Notes under the pieces: generated by a model
Told to the model about the DNA's origin: nothing
The model's input: only the letters and a program-made list of their open reading frames with translations
Databases searched by the model: none
Made by a program: the position numbers and the translations under genes
Assembly (NCBI GenBank): GCA_963734545.1
Contig: CAVTHO010000005.1
Span: forward strand, 128,001 to 192,000
DNA length: 64,000 bases
Direction: 5' to 3'
Source: an uncultured Spirochaetota bacterium
Lineage (GTDB): Bacteria; Spirochaetota; Spirochaetia; SZUA-6; Fen-1364
Part shown: positions 28,174 through 38,808 of the stretch, one piece after another
How positions within the stretch are numbered: position 1 is the first letter of the stretch
Layout: the number at the start of each line of letters is the position of its first letter

Positions 28174-28992
28174 CTACCGGGAGCTGTCCGACGTAATGGC
28201 GCGCCGCGGCCCGCGCGCCGGGGTGTACAGCTGCCTGCCGAATGCCTGACCCGCAATCGCGCCCGCAACGGTGACGCCTATGGCGACGATGCAGCCGACA
28301 ACGATCTCCTGGAGCCGAGCCTGGCGGATGATCTCCCCGGCAAGCGCCCAGACGACGACTGCGGGGAAAACGAGCTCCCGTTGATGGAGCGACATGAACA
28401 CGGACAGGGCGGCCGTCAGGAAGGAGAAGATCACGGCCCAGCCGATGGGCGATACACCCATGCCCTTGAATCCGGCCCAGGGGAGCAGCGCCGCCGCGTT
28501 TGCGATCGTTGAGACGCAGATCCAGGCGAGATACAGGCTGAACGGCACGAGCACGAACAGGCGCTCTGTCCATCGCGGGGTGGTTCTCCGGCACTCCTCG
28601 CCGCGCTGGAAAAGGTAGATGGCGCTGAGGGCGAAGAGCAGCACGAGGATCGCCACCATGCTGAGAAAATAGGTGCCGAAATGCCAGGCGAAAAGCCAGC
28701 CCGCGTTCGCCAGGCATGTCGCGGCAAACAAACCGTCCGTGGCGCGGATGCGCGGATTGTTCCACTGCGAGGGAAGAAGCTGGTACACGGCGAAAGCGAG
28801 CAGGGCGAGATAGATCAGGCCCCAGATCGAGAAGGCATACGCGGCAGGCTCGAACAGGACGTGGAAGCTGTCGGCAATCTCACCCGGTGTGCGGCCGTTC
28901 AGGGGAAGCACAACCGAAACGACATTCACCGCCAGAACGCCGGCGAGCAGCACCCAGTTGATGACGCCCCATACCATCGCCCTGTAGCTCAC
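28174..28992 (-). CDS. TspO/MBR-like tryptophan-rich membrane protein
   Basis: FEPAAYAFSIWGLIY, NAGWLFAWH, PFSLYLAWICVSTIAN; GGAGG RBS before GTG 28992. Confidence 0.85.
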   Translation of the reverse strand: MSYRAMVWGVINWVLLAGVLAVNVVSVVLPLNGRTPGEIADSFHVLFEPAAYAFSIWGLIYLALLAFAVYQLLPSQWNNPRIRATDGLFAATCLANAGWLFAWHFGTYFLSMVAILVLLFALSAIYLFQRGEECRRTTPRWTERLFVLVPFSLYLAWICVSTIANAAALLPWAGFKGMGVSPIGWAVIFSFLTAALSVFMSLHQRELVFPAVVVWALAGEIIRQARLQEIVVGCIVAIGVTVAGAIAGQAFGRQLYTPARGPRRAITSDSSR

Positions 28993-29232
28993 TCCTGCCT
29001 CCCTGGTACCGACGCCTTGATAGTAGGCTGAACTCTTTTTGACATATTTGACCATATTGAGAGAGTGTAGCACCTTGAGAAGATGCAATTCAGGGTCAGC
29101 CGCCAGTTTTGCGGATGATGGCGTCGTGCCTCGCATTTCTATGCATGCCGTCCAATATTTTCCCCTCGCGCCCCGGAACGGCGGTACTTTATATGCATCG
29201 AATCGTCACTGCGCTTTCCCAGGAGACCCCCC

Positions 29233-30318
29233 ATGAGCATTTCCGATCTGAATGCGGCCCGGGCCGAGCCCTCTGTGCCGCCCGTCCCCCGCCTGAAGCC
29301 CCGCGCGGAGAAGCCCGCGTGGGTTTCCTCGCTCAAGCAATTCGAAAAACCGGATACGCTGAAGGTCGCTCTGCAGCTCATCGACACGTTCGTCCCCTAC
29401 GCCGCCCTGTGCGTCCTCATGTACCTGACCATGACATGGGGTGTGCCCTACTGGGCCACGCTCCTGGTCGCCGTGCCGGCAGGCGCGTTGATGCTGCGGT
29501 TGTTCATCTTCTTCCACGATTGCTGCCACGGATCGTATCTCGGCTCCCCGCTCGGCATGCAGATCATCGGCAACATTCTGGGCGTCATCGTATTCACCCC
29601 GTATGCGAACTGGCGCCACTCGCACGGGGTGCATCACACCACGGCGGGCAACCTGGACCGGCGCGGCGTGGGCGACGTCTGGACGATGACCGCGGAAGAA
29701 TACGCGGCCAGCACGCGGTTCAGGCGCCTGCGGTACAGGCTCTTCCGCAACCCGTTCATCATGTTCGGGCTGGGGCCCATCTATACGTTCCTCATCATGC
29801 ATCGCTTTCCTTCCCGGCATTCAAAGCCGAACCAGGTATTGAGCGTGCTCTTGACGGACCTCGCAATCGCGGCCATCGTCGTGGCGGCCGGCTTCACCAT
29901 CGGCATCAAGGCCTATCTGATGATCCAGCTGCCCATCCTGCTGTTCGGCGGCGCAGCCGGGGTCTGGTTGTTCTACGTGCAGCACCAGTTCGATCCCTCC
30001 TACTGGGAACGGACCGAGGATTGGGAATCCATGGAGTCCGCCATGCAGGGATCTTCCTACTACAAGCTTCCCAGGGTGTTTCAGTGGATCTCCGCCAGCA
30101 TCGGCCTGCACCACGTCCACCACCTGCGGCCGCGGATTCCCAACTACAACCTGCAGCGCTGCCTGAACCAAATCCCCGAGCTGCAGCTGCCGAATCCGCT
30201 CACGCTGGGGAGCAGCCTGAAATCCGTGCGGCTCAAGCTGTGGGACGAGAAGCGGAAGCTCCTGCTCAGCTTCCGGGAGATGGCTCTGCAGATGAGGCAG
30301 AGCCGGCCAATGGCATAG
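29233..30318 (+). CDS. Membrane fatty acid desaturase (Bacillus Des-like)
   Basis: His boxes HDCCH, HSHGVHH, HHVHH; FYVQHQF; RIPNYNL. Confidence 0.93.
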   Translation: MSISDLNAARAEPSVPPVPRLKPRAEKPAWVSSLKQFEKPDTLKVALQLIDTFVPYAALCVLMYLTMTWGVPYWATLLVAVPAGALMLRLFIFFHDCCHGSYLGSPLGMQIIGNILGVIVFTPYANWRHSHGVHHTTAGNLDRRGVGDVWTMTAEEYAASTRFRRLRYRLFRNPFIMFGLGPIYTFLIMHRFPSRHSKPNQVLSVLLTDLAIAAIVVAAGFTIGIKAYLMIQLPILLFGGAAGVWLFYVQHQFDPSYWERTEDWESMESAMQGSSYYKLPRVFQWISASIGLHHVHHLRPRIPNYNLQRCLNQIPELQLPNPLTLGSSLKSVRLKLWDEKRKLLLSFREMALQMRQSRPMA

Positions 30319-30373
30319 CGCATCGCGGTACCCTGCGGATTCCGGGCGGACGCGTGCCGCCCCGGGCCCGCGC

Positions 30374-30718
30374 CTACTGACCCAATGATCCCTGGAGGAT
30401 ATCAGCGATCTGCCTGATCACCTCCTTGGGAATCGAGCCGATGCGCGCCTCCGCCCTTCTGGCCAGCGCCTGGAGGTCTTCGATGGTCTTGCGCGATTCG
30501 TTTACCTGCTCGACGGCGGCCTTTGCCTGGTCCTTGATGGACTGGTAATCGGCGAGCTGCGCCTTCAGTGCCGCGATCTCGGCTGCCTGCTGGTCCTGGA
30601 TCGCCTTGGCTTTGAGGTCCACGTACTGGGTCGTGGCGAGAAATCCAAGGAAGCCCGAGGTCGCGCAGCCCGAAAGGGCAACGGTCGCAAGAATGATGAC
30701 TGCCAGAAGCTTTTTCAC
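30374..30718 (-). CDS. Small coiled-coil lipoprotein
   Basis: Lipobox LSGC; AAGGAG RBS; helical A/Q/K-rich body. Confidence 0.85.
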   Translation of the reverse strand: MKKLLAVIILATVALSGCATSGFLGFLATTQYVDLKAKAIQDQQAAEIAALKAQLADYQSIKDQAKAAVEQVNESRKTIEDLQALARRAEARIGSIPKEVIRQIADILQGSLGQ

Positions 30719-30799
30719 GGTGGTCTCCTTCCCCGCAAATCCTACCTGATGACTGCCGGGCCGTCCACCTTTCCTGCCGCGTGACAGGCGCGCACGCAG

Positions 30800-30816
30800 T
30801 GTTAGTATTCGGTTAA
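30800..30816 (-). promoter_or_regulatory. Pho-box-like site
   Basis: Minus strand TTAACC-gaata-CTAACA, same hexamers as upstream of pstS. Confidence 0.6.
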
Positions 30817-30893
30817 TTCGATACCGGGAAAGCTCGAAATTCGCATCATGTGTCTTTCAATCGTGTCGATTATGGGGTTACATTGCCGTTGGC

Positions 30894-31609
30894 ATGAACG
30901 AGCTGATCACGATCGTGGAGGATGAGGACGATATCCGCGCCCTGGTCAGCGCAGGATTGAAGAAGGAGCGCTTCCGGGTGCGGGAGTATGCGGACGGCAA
31001 GGGCTTCCTCTCCTCGCTGCGCGCGGAAAAGCCGGACCTCGTTGTCCTGGACGTGATGCTTCCCGACACGGACGGCTTTGCGATCTGCCGCGGCATGCGC
31101 GCCGACAGATCACTGGCGGCAATACCCGGTGATCATGCTCACCGCCCGGGCGGAGGAAGCGGACCGGGTGCTGGGCCTGGAGCTCGGCGCGGATGACTAC
31201 GTCGTGAAGCCATTCTCTCCGAAGGAGCTGGCAGCACGGGTCAAGGCTGTCCTTCGCCGCGCGTCCCCGGAGACGGGCACGTCCCGGATCGAGGTGGCGG
31301 ACGGCCTTCTCATCGACACGGACACCATGGAAGTCACCCTCCATGGCACGAAAGCTCGAGCTCACGCAGGCTGAGTTCCGCATTCTCCATCTCCTTGCAG
31401 CGCGCATCGGCTGGGTCTTCTCCCGGGAAAAGATACTCGATCACCTCTGGGGGAATGAGAAGAACGTGACCGACCGGTCGGTGGACGTGCACGTGAAGCA
31501 CCTGCGCGACAAGCTCGGTCCAGCGGGAAAGATGATCGTCAACATACGGGGGGTGGGATACAAGCTTGCCGCTCCGGGATCGGGGCAGCGCGCGGCGGAA
31601 CGAAAATGA
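30894..31609 (+). CDS. phoB: PhoB/PhoP-type response regulator; frameshifts near 31125 and 31350
   Basis: [50 protein letters not shown]; upstream of phoR and pst genes. Confidence 0.88.
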
Positions 31610-33358
31610 ACAGACGCATCTTCCTGCGGGTATTTGCCGGATACGTCGTGTTGAGCCTGCTCGCCGTTCTGGTCTTTGCCGTTTATTTCCTGCGGGTCGC
31701 ACGCGGGATCTCCTACGATTCACTGACACGAGGGCTGGAAAGCGCGGCGCGCACGGCATTGGTTTCTGTTCTGCCCCTCATGAGACAGGGGCGGAGCGCC
31801 GCCCTGGACGCGCTCGCGGCCGCGGTGGGCGCGGAAGGCCGCGTACGGCTCACGGTCATCGATCCACGGGGAATCGTGCTGGCCGATTCGCAGCAGGACC
31901 CCGGCAGCATGGAGAATCACTCCAATCGACCCGAGGTTGCCGCTGCTTTCAATGGCCAGGTGGGTATGTCTTCGCGCTTCAGCGGCACGATCCGTCGATG
32001 GATGATCTACGTCGCGGTCCCGGCCAAAGACAGGGACGGGCGCCTCGCGGGGGTCGTCCGCGCCTCCACCTACGCAGAGGAGCTTGAAGCATTGTCACGC
32101 CGGGAACGGGGAAGTCTCGTCCTCTTCTCCTGCCTGCTTCTTGGCGCGTGCCTGCTGTCAGCCCTCCTCCTGTCACGCACCATCTCCTCCCCGCTCAGAG
32201 ATCTGGCCCAGGTTGTCGGCCGGTTCGCGGCAGGGGATTTCGGGGCCCGGCTTCATCTGCGCCGGCGTGACGAGGTGAAAGCGCTTGCCGACAGCTTCAA
32301 CGCCATGGGCGAGCGCGTGCAGTCGCTGTTCGAGGAGAGGGCGCAGCGGATGCAGGAGCTGGACGGCATCTTCTCCTCCGTGCAGCAGGGAATGCTCGTG
32401 CTGGACCGGGATGGAAAGATCGTGCGCCATAACAAGGGATTCGAGAAGCTGGCGGCTGTCCTGCCCGTCGAAGGACGAACCCTCTGGGAGGTCGTCCGGG
32501 CGCCGCGGCTCACCGAGCTCGTCCAGGAAGCGCGTATGACGGGGCAACGCCAATCCGAGGAGGTGGAGATCGGCGACAGGTACGTCCTCTGCACGGTGGA
32601 GCGAATGGGAGAGCGGGAAGAACTGATCGTTGTGCTCAACGATACGACCGACCTGCGGCGCCTGGAGACGGTCAAGCGCGACTTTGTGGTCAACGCGTCG
32701 CACGAGCTGCGCACGCCGCTGACCTCCATCATGGGCTCCCTCGAGATGCTGGAAGGGACGCCTCAAGGGGAATCGGCCCGCTGGGTGGAGACGATCCGCC
32801 GCAATGCGGAACGCATGACAGCGATCGTGCAGGACCTCCTCATGCTTTCGGGCCTGGAGCGGGGGGCGGAGCTCTCCGCGGACAGGGTGGACCTCGCCCG
32901 TCTGATCCGGGACGTGACGGGCATGTTTGCTCATCGCGCCGATGCGCAGAAGATCGCGCTCGTGCTGAGCGTCCCCGCCGAGCTTCCCCGGATCAAGGCG
33001 GACGCGTACCTGCTGGAGCAGGTCCTGGTGAACCTGATCGACAATGCCCTGAAATACACCGAGGAGGGCGAGGTGCGCGTGCTCTGCGCGGCGGAAGGCG
33101 CGGACCAGAATCCGCGGGTCCGCGGCGGGGATCCGCATCGATGTTGTCGATACGGGGATCGGCATTCCCGAAGAAAGCCTCTCCCGGATATTCGAGCGGT
33201 TCTACGTCGTGGACAAATCCCGCTCCCGAAAGCTGGGCGGGACCGGACTGGGGCTGGCCATCGTGAAGCACATCGTGCAGAGCCACGGAGGCACGATCGA
33301 GGTGGAGAGCACGGTGGGAAAAGGAACTCGCTTCATCGTCCGGCTCCCGCTGAACTAA
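31606..33358 (+). CDS. phoR: PhoR sensor kinase; frameshift near 33130
   Basis: [40 protein letters not shown]; shifted frame gives [42 protein letters not shown] stop. Confidence 0.9.
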
Positions 33359-33393
33359 CACAAAACTCACACAACCTTCACATCGGCTTAACC
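33355..33393 (+). promoter_or_regulatory. Pho box: four 11-bp-phased hexamers
   Basis: CTAACA (33355), CTCACA (33366), TTCACA (33377), TTAACC (33388) upstream of pstS. Confidence 0.75.
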
Positions 33394-33441
33394 GAGTCCG
33401 GCGAACCTGGATACGCACGTCATGCACATAAGGAGGAGACG

Positions 33442-34482
33442 ATGAAACCATCCAGGATCGCAGTTGCAGCCCTGCTGCTCTGCGCGTCAGCCGCGCTGGG
33501 CTTCAGCCAGTCCGTCGAGCTCGTCGGCGCGGGAGCCACCTTTCCCGCCCCCTTCTACACGAAGCTCTTCGACGAGTACAACAAGCAGTTCGGCGTCAAG
33601 GTCAACTACCAGGCCATCGGGTCCGGCGGCGGGCAGGCCCAGCTGAAGAGCAGGACCGTCGACTTCGGCGCCTCCGACGGGACCATGAGCGATGCTGACC
33701 TCAAGGCAGCCCCGGCGCCCATTCTCCACGTGCCCATGGTCGCGGGCTCGGTCGTCGCGACCTACAACCTTCCCGGAAACCCCGAGCTGAAGTTCGCCCC
33801 GGATGTTCTGGCGGACATCTTCCTCGGCAAGATCACCCGATGGAATGACGCGCGCATCGCCGCGGCGAACGCCGGCGTCAAGCTTCCCGGCTCGCCGATC
33901 ACCGTGGTCCACCGCTCAGACGGCAGCGGAACCACATTCGCGTTCACCGATTATCTCTCCAAGGTGTCAGAGGAGTGGAAGACAAAGGTCGGCATGGGCA
34001 CCTCGGTCCAGTGGCCGGCGGGCGTGGGCGGAAAAGGCAACGCGGGTGTCGCGGGTCTGGTGAAGCAGCTTCCGGGGAGCATCGGATACGTCGAGCTCAT
34101 CTATGCCCTGCAGAACGCCATGCCCTATGCGTCGATAAGGAACAAGGCAGGCACGTTCATCAAGCCCTCTCTCGCCACCACGAGCGCGGCATTCAAGGTC
34201 GCAATCCCCGACGACACGAGGGTCAGCGTGACGGACACGGCCGCGCCGGACGGCTACCCCATCGCCACCTTCACGTGGATCCTGCTTTACAAGGAGCAGA
34301 GCTACGGTAATCGGCCCCGGGCAAAGGTGGATGCCACTTTGAAGCTTCTATGGTGGATGATCCACGAGGGCCAGAAGTATGCCGAAGCGCTCCAGTACGC
34401 CGCCCTTCCCCCCGCTGCCGTGGCCAAGGCGGAGGCGGTGCTGAAGTCGGTCACCTTCAACGGCTCACCTGTTTTGAAATAG
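33442..34482 (+). CDS. pstS: Phosphate ABC transporter substrate-binding protein
   Basis: AAGGAGG RBS; GAGATFP, YQAIGSGGG, VHRSDGSGTT, GKGNAGV, YPIATFTW. Confidence 0.97.
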   Translation: MKPSRIAVAALLLCASAALGFSQSVELVGAGATFPAPFYTKLFDEYNKQFGVKVNYQAIGSGGGQAQLKSRTVDFGASDGTMSDADLKAAPAPILHVPMVAGSVVATYNLPGNPELKFAPDVLADIFLGKITRWNDARIAAANAGVKLPGSPITVVHRSDGSGTTFAFTDYLSKVSEEWKTKVGMGTSVQWPAGVGGKGNAGVAGLVKQLPGSIGYVELIYALQNAMPYASIRNKAGTFIKPSLATTSAAFKVAIPDDTRVSVTDTAAPDGYPIATFTWILLYKEQSYGNRPRAKVDATLKLLWWMIHEGQKYAEALQYAALPPAAVAKAEAVLKSVTFNGSPVLK

Positions 34483-34492
34483 AAATCGAGGA

Positions 34493-35407
34493 ATGATAAA
34501 ATGGCGGCGGCCGTGGAAGGCAGGAATGAGAGGAGAGCGGGCTTCCGATCAGGCGTTTCGAATGACGCTCAGCATCGGGGGGATCGCGGTGAGCATTCTG
34601 CTCGTCGCGATCTTCCTTTCTCTCCTGCTTGCCTCCCGGCCGGCGCTTGTTGCGAACGGCTTCCGATTCCTCACGGGAACCGACTGGGACCCCGTCACAA
34701 ACCGATTTAACGCGCTTCCCGTTCTCTTCGGGACTCTCGTCACGTCACTGGTCGCGCTCCTCATCGCCACAATCCTCTCCATTGCCCTGGCCGTCCTTCT
34801 GGGTGAATATTTCAAGACCGGCCCTTTCGCGTCGATCATGCGGACGTCGGTCGAGCTCCTTGCCGGAATCCCATCGGTGGTCTACGGCTTCATCGGGCTG
34901 TTTTTCCTCGTGCCTCTCATGCGGGCCCTTCAAATGGCGCTCGGCATGCCTCCCATAGGGGTGGGGATCCTCACCGCGGCGGTGCTCCTCGCCTTCATGA
35001 TACTTCCCTATGCCGCGTCGATCGGGAGAGAGATGATCCGCCTGGTGCCGAGTGATCTCAAGGAGGCGGCCCTTTCCCTGGGCGCAACCCCGTCCGAGAC
35101 GATCTGGAAGGTGACCCTGCCCTATGCCCGATCGGGCATCATGGGAGGAATCCTGCTCTCCCTCGGCCGGGCGCTGGGGGAGACAATGGCAGTGACCATG
35201 GTGATCGGCAACGCCAATGTTCTTACCTGGAATCTCCTCAGCCCCGGAAACACGATGGCGAGCGTGATTGCCAACGAGTTCAGCGAGGCGACCTCGGAAG
35301 TCTATCTGGCGAGTCTCATCGAGGTCGCCCTTCTGCTTTTCGTGATCAGCACGCTCATCAACATCGTGGGCAAGATCATTCTGAACAGGATGGCACACGA
35401 TGCCTGA
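34493..35407 (+). CDS. pstC: Phosphate ABC transporter permease PstC
   Basis: ELLAGIPSVVYG, LGRALGETMAVTMVIGN, ASVIANEFSEA. Confidence 0.96.
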   Translation: MIKWRRPWKAGMRGERASDQAFRMTLSIGGIAVSILLVAIFLSLLLASRPALVANGFRFLTGTDWDPVTNRFNALPVLFGTLVTSLVALLIATILSIALAVLLGEYFKTGPFASIMRTSVELLAGIPSVVYGFIGLFFLVPLMRALQMALGMPPIGVGILTAAVLLAFMILPYAASIGREMIRLVPSDLKEAALSLGATPSETIWKVTLPYARSGIMGGILLSLGRALGETMAVTMVIGNANVLTWNLLSPGNTMASVIANEFSEATSEVYLASLIEVALLLFVISTLINIVGKIILNRMAHDA

Positions 35408-36249
35408 CGCGGTGATCCGCGGACGGCTCCGGCAGGATCTCCTCTTCCGCGGCGTCGTGCTGGCCCTTTCCCTCCTGGCAACGGTCCCGCTGGTGCTCAT
35501 CCTGGCGTTCATCGTCGTGCGCGGAGCATCTTCGATCAACTGGGCCTTTCTCACCGAGCTGCCGAAGCCTATTGGCGAAACCGGCGGGGGCATTGCGAAC
35601 GCGATTGTCGGCACCTTTATCATCATCGTCGTGAGCACCATTATCTCCGTCCCGTTGGGGGTTATTGCCGGCATCTTTCTCTCGGAAAGCGGGAAGACCC
35701 GGCTGGGCGCGGTAGCCCGCCTGTCCATAGAGACCCTCATGGGCATCCCTTCGATCGTGATCGGAATCGTCGCCTACGTCTGGATCGTGCGGCCGATGGG
35801 GCACTTCTCCGCGCTCTCGGGGGGGCTCGCCCTCGCAATGATCATGCTTCCCGTGATCACGTTGTCCACGGAGGAGACGCTCCTGCTCATCCCCGTGACG
35901 CTGCGCGAGGCGGCGCTCGCCCTCGGCGTGTCCTATACGGGGACGATTCTGAAGGTCATTCTTCCCGCAGGCATGAGCGGCATCGTCACCGGCACCCTCC
36001 TCGCCGTGGCGCGCGGAGCAGGGGAAACGGCGCCGCTCCTGTTCACGGCTTTCGGCAATCCGTTCATGAACGTCGAACATCTTGAAGCCGATGGAGTCCC
36101 TTCCCCAGACGATCTTCTACTACGCCACGAGCCCCTACCCCGAGTGGCATTCCCTCGCATGGGGTGCCGCATTCGTCCTGCTGGCAATCGTTCTCACGCT
36201 GAATATCGTGACAAAGCTGGTGACATCGAGATGGAAGACCCAATTCTGA
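35400..36249 (+). CDS. pstA: Phosphate ABC transporter permease PstA; frameshift near 36075
   Basis: GGIANAIVGT, GIPSIVIG, ARGAGETAPLLFTA; shifted frame gives PMESLPQTIFYYATSPYPEWHSLAWG..WKTQF stop. Confidence 0.93.
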
Positions 36250-37010
36250 GCGCCGAAACGACAATCCTGGAAACGCGGCACCTCGTGGCCGGTTTCGACG
36301 GGAAGGACGTGGTGAAGGACATCTCCATTGCCGTTCCCGCCGGCAGGATCACGGCAATCATGGGGCCGTCGGGCTGCGGCAAGACGACCTTCATGCGGTG
36401 CATCAACCGGATGCACGAGCTGGCGGCGAACGCGCAGGTGACCGGGCAGGTCCTCCTGGACGGGGAGGACGTGTACCAGCTCAACCCCATCCTCCTGCGC
36501 CGGCGCATCGGCATGGTGTTCCAGAGACCGAACCCCTTCCCGACCATGAGCATCTACGACAACGTGGTGGCCGGCTACAACCTGAACGGCGCGCGCCTGC
36601 CGCGGGTGGACCGGGACCGCATCGTGGAAGAGACCCTGCGGCGCGTGACCCTCTGGGACGAGGTCAAGGACTCCCTGTACCGGCGCGGCACCTTCCTCTC
36701 CGGCGGCCAGCAGCAGAGGCTGTGCATCGCCCGGGCCCTTGCCATGAAACCCGAGATCCTCCTCCTGGACGAGCCGACCTCCGCGCTGGACCCGAAGGCC
36801 ACGGCTGCCATCGAGGAGCTCATCGTCTCCTTGAAGGGCGTGGTCACCATCGTGCAGGTCACGCACAACATCCCGCAGGCTGCGCGGATCTCCGACTACA
36901 CGGCGTTCATCCACCTCGGCGAGCTGGTCGAGTTCGGCCCGACCAGGACGCTTTTCACGGTGCCCCGGGACAAGAGAACCGAGGAGTACCTCTCGGGAAA
37001 GTTCGGATAG
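36231..37010 (+). CDS. pstB: Phosphate ABC transporter ATP-binding protein
   Basis: GPSGCGKTT, MVFQRPNPFPTMSIYDNV, LSGGQQQRLCIARAL, TEEYLSGKFG. Confidence 0.96.
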   Translation: MEDPILSAETTILETRHLVAGFDGKDVVKDISIAVPAGRITAIMGPSGCGKTTFMRCINRMHELAANAQVTGQVLLDGEDVYQLNPILLRRRIGMVFQRPNPFPTMSIYDNVVAGYNLNGARLPRVDRDRIVEETLRRVTLWDEVKDSLYRRGTFLSGGQQQRLCIARALAMKPEILLLDEPTSALDPKATAAIEELIVSLKGVVTIVQVTHNIPQAARISDYTAFIHLGELVEFGPTRTLFTVPRDKRTEEYLSGKFG

Positions 37011-37018
37011 GAGGGGCC

Positions 37019-37678
37019 ATGCCCATACCGGAGATGGACGCGCTGAAGGCACGCCTGGTTGCCTACGGACAATTCGTCCAGGAAATGATCGAAAAAAGCC
37101 GCCGGGCGCTCGTGGCCCGCCAGGCTGCGCTGCCCCGGGACATCATCGAAACGGATGAGCCCCGGGCCAATCGGACGGAGATCGACCTGGAGGCCGAGTG
37201 CACGTCCCTCATCGCGCGGCACCAGCCCATGGCCAAAGATCTCCGCACCATCCTCATGGTTCTGGGGATCACGAATGACCTCGAGCGCATTGCCGACCAC
37301 TCGGTGAACATCGCCGGGGCCGTGGGGGACCACATCAACGGCACTCTGCTGCGGCCCGATGATACGGTCCTCCGAATGTTCGAGGAAACGATCCACATGG
37401 TGGACGGAGCAATCCGCGCATTCATCGACGAGGACCCGGCCCTCGGCCAGAAGGTCTGCGAGTCGGACGCCACGGTAGACGCGCTGGCCACCCGGATCCT
37501 GGACGGGCTGAGCGCATCCATGACCCGCGCGCCTTCCACTGTGCCGGAAAACCTTGCCCTTCTGAAAATCGCGGGAAACCTCGAGCGAATAGCCGACCTG
37601 TCGACTAATATTGGAGAAGACGTGATCTACATGACCGAAGGCCGGGTGATCAAACACCACCAGGAAGATGTAAAGTAA
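37019..37678 (+). CDS. phoU: Phosphate signalling protein PhoU
   Basis: HQPMAKDLR, DLERIADH, NLERIADLSTNIGEDVIYM. Confidence 0.95.
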   Translation: MPIPEMDALKARLVAYGQFVQEMIEKSRRALVARQAALPRDIIETDEPRANRTEIDLEAECTSLIARHQPMAKDLRTILMVLGITNDLERIADHSVNIAGAVGDHINGTLLRPDDTVLRMFEETIHMVDGAIRAFIDEDPALGQKVCESDATVDALATRILDGLSASMTRAPSTVPENLALLKIAGNLERIADLSTNIGEDVIYMTEGRVIKHHQEDVK

Positions 37679-37681
37679 GAC

Positions 37682-38161
37682 ATGGAAATCTACTTTCTTC
37701 GACATGGGGATGCGGGCGCTGCGGAAGGGTGGAAGGGCAGCGACGCCGAGCGGCCTTTGAGCAAAGAGGGGACGGCACAGATGGAAAAAGAGGCCGCGGC
37801 CATCGCGAGACTGCGCCCGGCACTGGATGCGATCCTCACGAGCCCGCTGGTGCGTGCGCAACAGACAGCGCGGATCGTGGCAAAGAAGCTGCGCCTCGCG
37901 CAGGCCCTGGTCGTGGAGGAACGCCTTGCGCCCGGGTTTGCCGCAGCAGAGCTCAAACGAATCCTGAAGGAGCGCCGCGGCTCCCGCGGGCTGCTGCTGG
38001 TGGGACACGAGCCGGACTTCAGCAGGGTCATTTCCGCCTGCATTGGCGGGGGGAGCGTCGAGTGCAGGAAAGGGAGCCTCATCCGGGTGGACATGGATGA
38101 CCCGGCCGCCCTTTCAGGTGTCCTGGTGTGGCTGCTTCCGCCCCGCGCGCTTGCCCTGTGA
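37682..38161 (+). CDS. sixA: Phosphohistidine phosphatase SixA
   Basis: LRHGDA, DAERPLS, TSPLVRAQQTA, LVGHEPD. Confidence 0.92.
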   Translation: MEIYFLRHGDAGAAEGWKGSDAERPLSKEGTAQMEKEAAAIARLRPALDAILTSPLVRAQQTARIVAKKLRLAQALVVEERLAPGFAAAELKRILKERRGSRGLLLVGHEPDFSRVISACIGGGSVECRKGSLIRVDMDDPAALSGVLVWLLPPRALAL

Positions 38162-38808
38162 GCGTCGAGATCGAAGCGAAATTCCGCATCCCCCGGCGCG
38201 CCACGTACAACCGGATCCGCGCCCTCACCCGGATCGGCGGGTATTCTCTTCTCGAGGGACGAATGGAGAACGTTCTCGATGTGTACAGGGACACTGCGGA
38301 ACGCACGCTTCTCACGGCCGGGTATGCCTGCAGGTGCCGCAGTCGGGAAGGCCCGTTCCTCATCACGGTGAAGTCCGTAGCCCTTCCGCGCAGCGACGTG
38401 CATCGCCGGGAGGAGCTGGAAGTGACGATCCCGCGCCACGCCGCTCCCGCCGCATGGCCTGATTCGGCCGCCCGGGAGAGGGTTCTCGGACTGATCGGCG
38501 GGCATCCCCTGGAGGAGCTGTTTCGCCTGAGCCAGGCCAGGTTCGTGAGACCCGTGGTCGAAGGAGATCGGCTCGTTGCGAGCGCCAGCCTCGACGAGGT
38601 GAGCGTCAGCGCGCGTGGTGCCGTGCGTCAGTGGCGCGAGCTGGAAGTGGAGCTTGCGCCGACAGGGACGGAGGAGGATCTGGCGGCGATCTCCACCTGG
38701 CTGCGGAAAGCTCTCAGGCTCCGTCCCGCGGCTGCCTCGAAGTTCGAAACGGCGCTTGAGATCACCGGCAGCCTGGCGCGCCGTGGCCGCGCGGTGAGCA
38801 GGAAATGA
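38158..38808 (+). CDS. CYTH-domain (triphosphate tunnel) protein
   Basis: EIEAKF, DVYRDT, ITVK, REELEV, ELEVEL, SKFE. Confidence 0.88.
   Translation: MSVEIEAKFRIPRRATYNRIRALTRIGGYSLLEGRMENVLDVYRDTAERTLLTAGYACRCRSREGPFLITVKSVALPRSDVHRREELEVTIPRHAAPAAWPDSAARERVLGLIGGHPLEELFRLSQARFVRPVVEGDRLVASASLDEVSVSARGAVRQWRELEVELAPTGTEEDLAAISTWLRKALRLRPAAASKFETALEITGSLARRGRAVSRK

Noticed and set aside
31606-34482. 958-aa PhoR-PstS fusion ORF
   Set aside because: A shift near 33130 hides the normal PhoR C-terminus (stop 33358); pstS has its own Pho box, RBS and signal peptide
35400-37010. 536-aa PstA-PstB fusion ORF
   Set aside because: The PstA C-terminus continues in another frame after about 36075 and stops at 36249; artefact of an indel
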